The notes under the pieces are model-generated. The model worked only from the letters and a program-made list of their open reading frames with translations. It did not search any database and was not told the DNA's origin. Below, one piece after another: positions 49,684 to 58,658 of a stretch of 64,000 nucleotides of DNA; position 1 is the first letter of the stretch, and each line of letters begins with the position of its first letter. The stretch comes from an uncultured delta proteobacterium (GTDB lineage: Bacteria > Myxococcota > Myxococcia > Myxococcales > Myxococcaceae): NCBI GenBank assembly GCA_963796055.1, contig CAWCKH010000003.1:288001-352000 (forward strand), read 5' to 3'. The position numbers and the translations under genes are program-made.

Positions 49684-50591
49684 GGCACCCCGGTCCGGGT
49701 GGAGGGCGCGACGCTCACCGGGCCGACCAGCTGCCGGACGGTGTCGTCGAGCACCACCCCGTACTTCTTTCCCAGCTCGGCCAGGTAACGTGCCTCGCGC
49801 TCACGACCTCGCTCGGTTCTCCAGAGCGTAACGAGCTCGCCGCGGGCCTCGGTGAGTGTGCGCTGTCGGGGCCCGGTGGCCGCGGCCACGCGCACCAGAT
49901 GTTGCCCATAGGGGCTGGCGACGGGACCACTCCACGTGTCGACCTCGAGGAGGAAGACCTGGCGGGCGAACTCGGGGCCGAAGCTTGCCTCCACCGTTCG
50001 CTGGTCCGCGTCCCGCAGCTCTTCGGGGAGGAGCTGCGGATCGCCTCGGATTGCGCTCGGCTCGGAGCCTTCGAGGAGCTCCTGGAGCGCGTGGGCCGCG
50101 TCGCGGCGGGCGTCGCGGCGTGAGGAGCTAAAGACGATCTGGGTGAACAATCTGCGCGCCTCTGCGCTGAAGCGCTCCGGGTGCTCGGTGTAGAGGCGCT
50201 GGAGCTCGCTCTCCGGCGGGTCCTCGTTCTCTGCGCCATCGCGGAGAACGAACTCGAGCTTCTGAGCCAGTCGGCGCCGGACGATCACGTCCTCCTCGTC
50301 CAGTCGCATGTCCCGCGCGGCCCGGGCGAGCAGCTCCTCGCGGACCAGGTCGGTCACGAGACCACGCAGCTCTTCGCGCGTGGGATCGCGGCGCCACTGC
50401 CGCGACCAGGTCTCCGTGAGCCAGCGGACCTCGCCTGCGCCGATCACGACGGGGCTCGCTGCCTCGGGCTGGGCGCGCCCCCGGGCCAGCAGCGCGTATG
50501 CGCCGAATAGCAGGGCTCCGATGACCAGGAAGTGCCCCAGGGGATCGCGTAGCACACGCCGAAGTGCATTCCCGGGCGCCGGACGCGTCAT
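49680..50591 (-). CDS. PpiC/parvulin-type peptidyl-prolyl isomerase domain protein
   Basis: DPLGHFLVIGA TM; REELL.R.A...LD..D.IVRRRL.QK; FGPEFA; WSGPVASPYGQHLV. Confidence 0.85.
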   Translation of the reverse strand: MTRPAPGNALRRVLRDPLGHFLVIGALLFGAYALLARGRAQPEAASPVVIGAGEVRWLTETWSRQWRRDPTREELRGLVTDLVREELLARAARDMRLDEEDVIVRRRLAQKLEFVLRDGAENEDPPESELQRLYTEHPERFSAEARRLFTQIVFSSSRRDARRDAAHALQELLEGSEPSAIRGDPQLLPEELRDADQRTVEASFGPEFARQVFLLEVDTWSGPVASPYGQHLVRVAAATGPRQRTLTEARGELVTLWRTERGREREARYLAELGKKYGVVLDDTVRQLVGPVSVAPSTRTGVP

Positions 50592-50904
50592 GGGTGGGCG
50601 ATGGTAACCGAAGCCCGCAGGGCCGTCGCGGGCCGGGAGCTCCGTGGAGGCGGTGCCTGAGGACCGCCCCGGTTCGTGTCGCCCACCGGCGCCCTGGCTC
50701 TGGCCCTTCGGTGTTGCAGAAACTCCTCTTGAGTTTCGCTCGACCGGTGAACCCAACGCCCCGACGGTCGACTCTTCCCCCCATCGCCGAGGAAGTCCAC
50801 ATGCGCTCTTCGATTCTAGGTTGTACGCCAGAGCTGCGATGGATGTGGGAGAAAGGCCTTCCGGCGAGACGGTTCGAGCGTCTTGCCCAGGAGGACCATC
50901 CACC

Positions 50905-51957
50905 ATGATGCCCCACGCCTTGCTGGTTGCCCTGCTCGCTCTCCTGACGGTCGCGTCGACGGCCGCGGCGGACGAGCAGGACACCACGTCGACGACCGTA
51001 CCCGCCGACGCTCCCACCACGGCGGCCCCATCCGCCCGGACGCCAGAAGGGGAGCCGCTCGTGCCACGAGAGGCTGACGCACCCCCACGCCGGGTCCTCA
51101 ACGGGCACATCTTCATGCCCTCCGCGGCGGTCCCGGGGGCACTGACCACGACGAGCTTCGCCGCGTACCTGGTCACGGTGTACGGGAAGACGTCGGGCTC
51201 GGCCCAGATCGGCGACCAGCTGTACAGCGGCAACTTCGACTACGCCGGCGTGGGCGCCGTCCTCGGCTACGAGTACGCCTTCCTCGACTACTTCTCGGCG
51301 CGGTTGCAGATCACCGAGTTGGTGTACTCGGGCATCAACGGGTCGTCGGCGCTGGTGATCGGAACGTCGGTGCAGACCGCTGGCAAAATCGGCGTCACCG
51401 CCAGCCTGCCGATCGGAGACTCGCTCAAGCTGGCCCTCCTCGTCGACGGCGGCATCGGACCCGGCCTCGCGCTCACCATCGGGAGCGGGATCAACAGCAT
51501 CATCAAGGGCTGCCAGCAGGGAAACTGCAACGCCGGCACTGGAGAGATCTTCCAAACGCAGAACTCGTTCACCTTCCAGCCCGCGATCGCGATGAACTGG
51601 GCGCCGTGGCGTCCGTTCGGCGTCACCGCGAACCTCTCGTATGCCTTCGTCACCCAGAACCTGAACGCTGGGAGCGTCAGCGGCCATGCCTTCGGCCTGG
51701 GCGTGGCGCTCGACTTCGACTTCTACGCCATCTCCAACGTCCCGATCGGCCTGCAGGCGGTCTTCACCTGGACGGCGCCGACCAGCGGCACGTTCCTCCA
51801 GCACGTGAGCGACCTGGGCGGCGGCATCTTCTACACCGGACGGCCGCACCTGGCGCTCGGGCTCCAGATCGTCGCGCGGCGGTTCAAGGTCCAACCCGGC
51901 GTCGACGTGAGCTGGAGCACCTGGCTCGCGACCGTCGGGCTCCGCTACTACTGGTGA
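50905..51957 (+). CDS. Secreted / outer-membrane beta-barrel hypothetical protein
   Basis: GGAGG RBS; signal peptide; C-terminal VGLRYYW. Confidence 0.7.
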   Translation: MMPHALLVALLALLTVASTAAADEQDTTSTTVPADAPTTAAPSARTPEGEPLVPREADAPPRRVLNGHIFMPSAAVPGALTTTSFAAYLVTVYGKTSGSAQIGDQLYSGNFDYAGVGAVLGYEYAFLDYFSARLQITELVYSGINGSSALVIGTSVQTAGKIGVTASLPIGDSLKLALLVDGGIGPGLALTIGSGINSIIKGCQQGNCNAGTGEIFQTQNSFTFQPAIAMNWAPWRPFGVTANLSYAFVTQNLNAGSVSGHAFGLGVALDFDFYAISNVPIGLQAVFTWTAPTSGTFLQHVSDLGGGIFYTGRPHLALGLQIVARRFKVQPGVDVSWSTWLATVGLRYYW

Positions 51958-52038
51958 GACGGAGGGCGTCAGCGCGGGTCACCCCCCCGGCCGGAAGTCG
52001 GCCGCGCTCCCTACGCCTCCATCCTTCCCACGCTCACT

Positions 52039-53118
52039 GCGCTCGACGGCGTGCGCCACGCCCGTTGTCGATGCCATGCAGGTGCAGCTCTCGCGCGATC
52101 GCGACGCCGACCCGCGCGACGTCGCCGGCGAGCTCGCCGACGCCCTCGACGACAACGTCGGCGACGATCTGCTGCGGCTCGTCTTCACCGCGTGTCACCC
52201 GATGCTTCCGACCGAGGCGCGCGTCGCGCTCACGCTGCGGCTCGTCGGCGGGCTCGCGACCTCGGAAATCGCGCGCGCGTTCCTCGTCCCCGAGCCGACG
52301 ATCGCGCAGCGGATCGTCCGCGCCAAGCGCACGCTCACCGACGCGCGCGTGCGCTTCGAGGTGCCGCGCGCCGCCGAGCGCGCCGAGCGCCTCGAGTCGG
52401 TACTCGAGGTGATCTATCTCGTGTTCAAAGAGGGCACGTCGCGACCGCGGGCGCGAGCTTGACGCGGCCCGAGCTGTGCGAGGATGCGCTGCGCATCGCG
52501 CGCGTGCTCGCCGGCCTCGCGCCCGACGAGCCCGAAGTCCACGGGTTGGTCGCGCTGCTCGAGCTCTCGGCGTCGCGGCTGGCCGCTCGCATCGATCGCG
52601 ACGGCGCGCCGGTGTTGCTCGCGGATCAGGATCGCGCGCGCTGGGATCGCGTGCTCGTTCGCCGCGGGCTCGCGGCGCTTGCACGCGCAGACGAGCTCGT
52701 CGCGACGCAAGGTGCCCCCGCCGGTCCGTATCAGCTGCAAGCCACGATCGCCGCACATCACGCTCGCGCCGCGACCGCCGAGGCGACGGAGTGGCCGCGG
52801 ATCGCCGCGCTTTACGCGCTGCTCGCCCAGCGCGCGCCGTCGCCGATCGTGGAGCTCAATCGCGCGGGTCGCGGTCGCGATGGCATTCGGCCCGACGCCG
52901 GCCTCGAGCTCGTCGACGCGCTCGTCGCCGCCGGCGCGCTCGCCGCGTATCACCTGCTGCCGGCGGTGCGCGGCGACCTGCTCGCGAAGCTCGGACGCGG
53001 CGACGAGGCGCGCGCGGAATTTCAGCGCGCGGCGGAGCTGACCCGCAACGAGCGCGAGCGCGACGTCCTGCTCGCGAGAGCTCGCGATTCTGCGGTCAGC
53101 GCGTCGCGTAATTCGTGA
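52039..53118 (+). pseudogene. Second copy of the ECF42 sigma fragment, frameshifted
   Basis: Near-identical to 40719-41794 with different indels (about 52430 and 52865-52890). Confidence 0.88.
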
Positions 53119-53546
53119 AGCCGCGGCGGAAGAACCGGCACTCGCTTTGAGCGCTACGCAGTGGGAAGAGGCCCGACGCCTGCGAGCCAAGGGGTGATGT
53201 CCGCAGCGCGGCAGATTCTCGTCCTGTTCGGCCTCTCGGTTGAGGCCGCCCGCTGGTCCGCCCCAGAACCCCGTTGATCCGTCCTTGGACCAGATTCCCG
53301 AGTCGCTTCGCGTACGGCTTCTCTCGGTTCGCGCCTTCGATGACAGGGATGATGCTGGAGGCCGACGTCACTCCGGGGAAGGAGGCGGCGGCCGATTTAG
53401 AGCGAATGCGCTGAGCGGAGCTCGGCGCGGCGAATGTCGTCGGCCGGGTGGTCGTTGAGGACAACCTCCGAGCCCTTCCTCATTAGCCAGGCCCGAAATT
53501 GCCCGCCCGCAATCAATTGCTCCTACATCTGTAGGACTGTGAATTC

Positions 53547-53635
53547 GGCTCCTCAAATGGCTCCAAAACCGGCTCCCCAAGTGGCTCCTCGATCGGGCCA
53601 GTAGGGGAGCCATTTGGAGAGCTCTTCCGGGAGCC
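53547..53635. repeat. 12-bp-period GGCTCC direct repeats followed by inverted GGAGCC copies
   Basis: GGCTCC at 53547, 53559, 53571 and 53583; GGAGCC at 53606 and 53630, with a degenerate copy at 53618. Confidence 0.8.
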
Positions 53636-53713
53636 GTTTGCAGCGCGCGTATCCGGTGACTTCGGCCACCTGACCCTCCCCCACCGGGTCCCAGTGCCCC
53701 GCGCGGGCGGACG

Positions 53714-53777
53714 CCCCGAGTTTCCCGTCCCCGCCCTCGCAACCAGTGGCATGAGGGCGGGGACGGGAAACTCGGGG
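53714..53777. repeat. Perfect 25-bp inverted repeat (REP-like hairpin)
   Basis: ccccgagtttcccgtccccgccctc-N14-gagggcggggacgggaaactcgggg. Confidence 0.88.
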
Positions 53778-53932
53778 TTCAGCAGAAATCTTGAGGGGGT
53801 GGTGGAGGGTCGAGGAGGGGATCAAGAACAGGAGGTTTGGCGGAGGCGATCGGAGATGAGGTCAGGTCAGGAAGAGGTGGAAACTGGGACAGGGGTAGTA
53901 CGAAACGGATGGCGGGGGACGGAGAGGGTACG

Positions 53933-53977
53933 GACCGGATACATGGGTGACAGATCAGACCGGAGACATGGGTGACA
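53933..53977 (+). repeat. Orphan IS481-type end (tandem 20-bp repeats)
   Basis: gaccgga(t/g)acatgggtgaca twice, 25-bp period, same layout as the adjacent IS481 left end. Confidence 0.6.
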
Positions 53978-54049
53978 CCAGCGCCGCGGGATAGGTGAGC
54001 AAGACAGGCGAGGCGGCGACTGCGAAGTCGCATCGGGGGTGGGTGGTGC

Positions 54050-55422
54050 TGTACCAGGACATCGCTGACCAAAACCGGTTCAGGACATCGCTGACAGTTT
54101 CGGCTGCTCGACTGTCGCGTGCCCTGGAAAGAGCAGCGAGTCATGAGCCACAAGCTGGAGTTCATCGAGAAGGCCAGCGCGATGGGGGCGAACATCTCGG
54201 CGCTCTGCAGGGAGTACGGCATCTCCCGGCAGACCGGCCACAAGTGGCTTCGGCGCTTCCGCGCGCGGGGATACACGGGCCTCGTCGAGCAGAGCCGTCG
54301 CCCGCTCTCGAGCCCGCTCACCACCGGCGAGGAGATCGTCGTCCGCATCCTCGAGCTGCGCGACCAGCACCAGACCTGGGGGCCGGACAAGATCGCCCGG
54401 GTGCTTCGGCGCACGCTGGGCGAGGACGGGCCGAGCAAGAGCACCGTAGCGCGGGTCCTGCATCGGCTCGGGAGGCTAAGGCGACACCGACCGCGCGTAC
54501 GAGTGTGGAGCGTCGACGGGCGCCCGCGGGTCGAGGTGCACGGGCCGAACGACCTGTGGACGATGGACTTCAAAGGCTGGTGGCGAGCTCGAAACCGCGA
54601 GCGGTGCGAGCCGCTCACGGTGCGAGACGGGTTCAGCCGGAAGGTCCTCGCCGTGACCCTCCTCGGCTCGGTGAGGGCCGAAGAGGTCCGGCGTGTCCTC
54701 CGGAGCTTGTTCTTGCGGCACGGCCTGCCAGCCGCCATTCAGAGCGACAACGGCACGCCATTCGTATCCACCCGCGGCCGCGGCGGACTGAGTCGGCTCT
54801 CGGCGTGGCTCGTCTCGCTCGGGATCCGTGTCGTGCGCTCACGTCCCGGGTGCCCGCAGGACAACGGCGGGCACGAGCGGATGCATCGGGACCTGAGCGA
54901 GCTGGAGCTCAACCCCGCCCGTACCCGCCGCGCTCAGCAGCGCGCGTGCGATCGTTGGGTGATCGAGTTCAACGAGGTCCGCCCCCACGATGCGCTCGGT
55001 GGCAAGACGCCAGCGGAGGTCTATCGCGACTCGGAGCGTCGCTCGCTCGACCCGCTCGTCCCGAGCTACCCGCCCGAGTGGAAGACGCGCCTGGTCTCGA
55101 AGGTGGGGACCATCTCGGTGAACGACGACGTGGTGTTCGTCAGCACGGCCCTCGCGGGCCAGATCGTCGGTCTCAAGCAGGAAGGGATCCTGCGCTGGCG
55201 AGCTCACTTCTTCGGCGTCGACCTCGGGATGATCGAGATCGCCCCGCTGGCGAACGTGCTGACACCCGATGACGTCAGCTCCGTTACACCCGTCAACGCA
55301 CCGTACTCAGAGGCTGTCAACGCCACTGTCACCCAGGACGCGCTGCTGAACGCGCGAGCCGTAAACGCCTGAGAAACCCGCCGTCACCCTGCAGTCAACT
55401 GTCAGCGATGTCTTGACTCGTT
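54050..55422 (+). mobile_element. IS481-family insertion sequence (ends approximate)
   Basis: Left end TGT...caggacatcgctgac twice (54055, 54081); inverted copy aactgtcagcgatgtcttga at 55397-55416. Confidence 0.8.
54119..55372 (+). CDS. IS481-family DDE transposase
   Basis: MPWKE, HTH ISALCREYGISRQTGHKW, WTMDFKG, SDNG, PQDNGGHER, RPHDALGGKTPA. Confidence 0.93.
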   Translation: MPWKEQRVMSHKLEFIEKASAMGANISALCREYGISRQTGHKWLRRFRARGYTGLVEQSRRPLSSPLTTGEEIVVRILELRDQHQTWGPDKIARVLRRTLGEDGPSKSTVARVLHRLGRLRRHRPRVRVWSVDGRPRVEVHGPNDLWTMDFKGWWRARNRERCEPLTVRDGFSRKVLAVTLLGSVRAEEVRRVLRSLFLRHGLPAAIQSDNGTPFVSTRGRGGLSRLSAWLVSLGIRVVRSRPGCPQDNGGHERMHRDLSELELNPARTRRAQQRACDRWVIEFNEVRPHDALGGKTPAEVYRDSERRSLDPLVPSYPPEWKTRLVSKVGTISVNDDVVFVSTALAGQIVGLKQEGILRWRAHFFGVDLGMIEIAPLANVLTPDDVSSVTPVNAPYSEAVNATVTQDALLNARAVNA

Positions 55423-55500
55423 CCGGGTGAGCGCTCAGGGCATCGAGCCACGAGACCCGTCGGCCTTGACGTGGTGTTCTATTTAGCATCTACTTAGGGC

Positions 55501-55833
55501 ATGGGAAGGACTCCGCTCCCTGAGGACGAAGCGCTCAAGCCTCTGAATGTGAAGGTCCCGTCCGAGGACCTCTACTTCGTCCAGGAGGTCCTCAAACCGG
55601 CCCTCGGCGTCTCCTACAACGCCGAAGCAGTCCGTGAGGTCCTGGTTCAGCTGCGGACCTGCTTCCGCCTCCCCCAGTACGTCGTCGAAGTCCTCGAGGC
55701 GGAGATGAAGGCGAAGAAGCTCAATATCCTCGGATACGTCCAGGAGCTGCTCCTCCGCCGATACGAAGCGCTCCGCGATAGCAGCGCCAGCCCGAGAACC
55801 GGCCCAGCTGGCAGCACCCGGCGGCCCCGCTAA
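55501..55833 (+). CDS. Small putative DNA-binding/regulatory protein of the integrative element
   Basis: 110 aa, first gene of the xis-int cluster; beta-helix-helix pattern PLNVKVPSEDL...AEAVREVL. Confidence 0.55.
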   Translation: MGRTPLPEDEALKPLNVKVPSEDLYFVQEVLKPALGVSYNAEAVREVLVQLRTCFRLPQYVVEVLEAEMKAKKLNILGYVQELLLRRYEALRDSSASPRTGPAGSTRRPR

Positions 55834-55869
55834 GAGGCGCGCGACAGGCAGGGAGGGCAGGAGGTCCGG

Positions 55870-56112
55870 ATGGGACGCTCAACCGAGGGATTGGAGATCC
55901 GGACCGGTCCCGAGCTCATGACCGTTCCTGAAGCCGCTCAGCTACTCCGGATGAATTCCAAGGCCCTGTACTCGCTCGCGGCGGCCGGGAAGGTCCCGGG
56001 CGTCCTCCGCCTTGGGCGCAGCATCCGCATCCGTCGCGCGGCTCTCGTGGGTGCCGGAGCGGTAGAGTCCGTTCCAGTGGAGGCCCAGCGGCTCACGGGA
56101 GAACCAACGTGA
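55870..56112 (+). CDS. Excisionase-family HTH DNA-binding protein
   Basis: ELMTVPEAAQLLRMNSKALYSLAAAGKVPG..RLGRSIRIRR; overlaps the integrase start (GTGA). Confidence 0.88.
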   Translation: MGRSTEGLEIRTGPELMTVPEAAQLLRMNSKALYSLAAAGKVPGVLRLGRSIRIRRAALVGAGAVESVPVEAQRLTGEPT

Positions 56113-57188
56113 GCATTCGTCGCTGGACATCGAAGCACCCCGGAACGGGGTTACACGAAGAGAGGGGCTGGATGGTCGATCTGCGGACGGACAGTGGCGA
56201 CCGTTACCGGCGGGCCTTCCGGTCGAAGAGGGAGGCACTGGCGCACGAGAGATCCGTGCTCCTGGCCATCGCCGCTGGGACGTTCGGGGTCGAAGTCAAG
56301 CAAGCGCCAACGGTTCGAGCGTTCGCGGCCGACTTCATCACGTGGAGCGAGTTGCACAACAAGCCAAGCACCGTCGCGGCGAAGCGCATCGCACTCGACG
56401 TGCACCTCCTGCCAGCGTTCGGGGAGGTGCGCCTTGACGCCAGTGAGCTGCGTGCCGAGGTCGCTCGATTCGCCACCTCGAAGCTCAAGGCCGGGCTGAG
56501 CGCGAAGACGGTTCGCAACACGCTCGCCGTTTTCGGGAAGCTGCTGAGTCTCGCCGCCGAGCGCGGCGTGATTCAGAGTGTCCCGAGACTCGGAGCGCCT
56601 CGGGTCACGAGGCCCGAGGCGGCGTTCCTCACCTTCGAGGAGGCAGAGCGGCTCCTCGAAGCGGCTGAGGCTGCGTGGAGAACCTGGCTCCTCGTGCTGC
56701 TGCGCACAGGTCTCCGCGTCGGGGAGGCGCTCGCGCTTCACCGAGAGGACGTGGAGCTGAAGGGCGAGCGGCCCTGCATCACCGTTCGACGAAGCATGTG
56801 GATGGGCAAGGAAGGCTTGCCGAAGAACGGAAGGTTGCGGGTCGTGCCACTGACGCGGGAGACGGTCGCCGCCCTCCGCGCTCAACAGCACCTCCGGCGT
56901 CCGTACGTCTTCTGCCACGAGGACGGACGGCCCTACACGCACTCGGAAGTGAAGGACGTGGTGCCGAACGCCTGCCGCCGGGCGGGGCTGGCGAAACGGG
57001 TGACCACGCACGGGCTCCGGCACACCTACGCGAGCCACCTGGTGATGCGGAGCACACCGCTGACCACGGTCCGCGAGCTCCTGGGACATGCGGACCTGAC
57101 GATGGTCGCGCGCTACACGCATCTGTCGCCGGACGTCGCACACGCAGCGGTCCAGGTGCTCGACGCGCCGGCGAGTCGGGGCAACTAA
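56109..57188 (+). CDS. Tyrosine recombinase/integrase
   Basis: TGLRVGE, PKNG, HGLRHTYAS, LGH, RYTHL catalytic set; N-terminal arm-binding region. Confidence 0.95.
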   Translation: MSIRRWTSKHPGTGLHEERGWMVDLRTDSGDRYRRAFRSKREALAHERSVLLAIAAGTFGVEVKQAPTVRAFAADFITWSELHNKPSTVAAKRIALDVHLLPAFGEVRLDASELRAEVARFATSKLKAGLSAKTVRNTLAVFGKLLSLAAERGVIQSVPRLGAPRVTRPEAAFLTFEEAERLLEAAEAAWRTWLLVLLRTGLRVGEALALHREDVELKGERPCITVRRSMWMGKEGLPKNGRLRVVPLTRETVAALRAQQHLRRPYVFCHEDGRPYTHSEVKDVVPNACRRAGLAKRVTTHGLRHTYASHLVMRSTPLTTVRELLGHADLTMVARYTHLSPDVAHAAVQVLDAPASRGN

Positions 57189-57212
57189 TGGGCAACGTGG
57201 ACGGGAGTAAAT

Positions 57213-57241
57213 GAAAAAGCCCCGGAGATACCGGGGCTTTC
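57213..57241 (-). terminator. Rho-independent terminator-like hairpin after tRNA-Gly
   Basis: gaaaaagcccgg...ccggggctttc. Confidence 0.6.
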
Positions 57242-57243
57242 GA

Positions 57244-57317
57244 GGAGCGGGAAAAGGGATTTGAACCCTCGACCCTCGCCTTGGCAAGGCGATGCTCTAC
57301 CACTGAGCTATTCCCGC
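57244..57317 (-). tRNA. tRNA-Gly(GCC)
   Basis: GCGGGAATAGCTCAGTGGTAGAGCATCGCCTTGCCAAGGCGAGGGTCGAGGGTTCAAATCCCTTTTCCCGCTCC; full cloverleaf; terminal A of CCA not encoded. Confidence 0.97.
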
Positions 57318-57408
57318 ACTGAACGACTCCGGCCTGTTACCAACCGCGCCCCCCGGGGGTCAAGCGTCGCCGCCGGCAGGCGGGAGGGCATGGTACATCC
57401 GATCGCTC

Positions 57409-58641
57409 GTGCACGCCTGTCGATCGACCCGTCCCCTCGCCGCGACCGCCGTCGCCGCCCTGCTCCTCGCCTGTGGCGGCAGCGGCAGCGGCGTCACGGT
57501 CTCCGGTCAGGTCCTCGACGGATCCGGGCAGCCGCTGGCCAACCTGACGGTCCTGGTCGGCGGGAAGTCGACCACCACCGACACCGGCGGCAACTTCACC
57601 GTGACCGGCGTCACCACGCCCTACGACGCGATCATCGTCGAGACGGCGAACAAGGTCGCCACGGTGTACGCGCAGCTGACTCGCAGTGACCCGAAGCTCC
57701 TCGACTTCGGCTCGAACGGCAGCCCTGCAACCCATACGGCGACGCTCGGTGGTGCCATCGTCGGAGGTGACCCGCTGTCCACGGCCGGGACGATCACCGC
57801 CATCTCCTGGGGGTCGGTGGAGAGCTCCACCGGGAGCTACGTGACCAGCACCCCGTACTCCTTTCCCGTCTCCTGGTCGGGCCCCACCGGCACCACCGGG
57901 AGCGTTCACGGACTGCAGTGGACGGTGGACGGAAACGGGACGGTGACCGGGTACCGCTCGCACGGGGTCAAGCCCGGCGTGTCTCTGACCGCCGGAGGGA
58001 CCGTCAGCGACGCGGATGTCCTACTGACAGTCCCGACCACCACCAGCGTGTCCGCGACCATCACCGCACCGGCCGGCTACACCATCGCCGACCGGTCGGC
58101 GTACCTCACCTTCGCCGATGGGGCTTACTTTCCAGTGAGCGAAGACGCGCTCGCCTCGTCGGCCTTCTCCCTGCCGGTGCCCTCGGGCATCGAGGCCAGC
58201 GTCATCATGAACGCCACCGCCACCGAGAGCGTCCGGAACTCGATCACCACCGCCCAGCTGTCCGGCCTGGCGCCCGGCACCAGCGGCGCCGCCCTCACCC
58301 TGCCCTCCCCGGCGGTCGCCACCGCGCCGGCCGACGGCGCCACCGGCGTCGACACCACCACCGACCTCGTCTGGAGCCCGGTCCTGGGCGGGGTGCACGT
58401 CCTCTTCCTCAGCGGAGCCGGGAACGACCCCGCCTTCGCCATCGTGAGCGGCGGGACACAGACGCGCATCCCGGACCTGAGCGCACAGGGGCTCGGACTT
58501 CCCTCCGGGCGGCCATACGACTGGACGCTGCTGGCCCTCGGCCCCTTCGCCAGCATCGACGCCTTCGCCACGGCCGGTGTGCTCTCGCGCGAGGGCCTGG
58601 GCTTCGAGACCGTCACCAGCACCGGGTTCACCACCCGGTAG
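57409..58641 (+). CDS. Thr/Ser/Gly-rich lipoprotein with carboxypeptidase-regulatory-like and Ig-like domains
   Basis: LLLAC lipobox; VSGQVLD..GQPL; TDTGGNF; PADGATGV. Confidence 0.7.
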   Translation: MHACRSTRPLAATAVAALLLACGGSGSGVTVSGQVLDGSGQPLANLTVLVGGKSTTTDTGGNFTVTGVTTPYDAIIVETANKVATVYAQLTRSDPKLLDFGSNGSPATHTATLGGAIVGGDPLSTAGTITAISWGSVESSTGSYVTSTPYSFPVSWSGPTGTTGSVHGLQWTVDGNGTVTGYRSHGVKPGVSLTAGGTVSDADVLLTVPTTTSVSATITAPAGYTIADRSAYLTFADGAYFPVSEDALASSAFSLPVPSGIEASVIMNATATESVRNSITTAQLSGLAPGTSGAALTLPSPAVATAPADGATGVDTTTDLVWSPVLGGVHVLFLSGAGNDPAFAIVSGGTQTRIPDLSAQGLGLPSGRPYDWTLLALGPFASIDAFATAGVLSREGLGFETVTSTGFTTR

Positions 58642-58658
58642 CCGGGGAACGGACCGCC

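Larger units (their letters stand above)
44191..57265. mobile_element. Integrative element (genomic islet) inserted in the tRNA-Gly 3' end
   Basis: Bounded by the 27-bp direct repeat ttcgaggagcgggaaaagggatttgaa; integrase and excisionase sit next to the tRNA. Confidence 0.88.

Noticed and set aside
53547..53635. Short periodic repeats as a CRISPR array
   Set aside because: Only 6-bp units on a 12-bp period, no spacers of CRISPR size and no cas genes in the window
55501..57188. Prophage
   Set aside because: No terminase, capsid, tail or replication genes between the att sites; treated as an integrative islet
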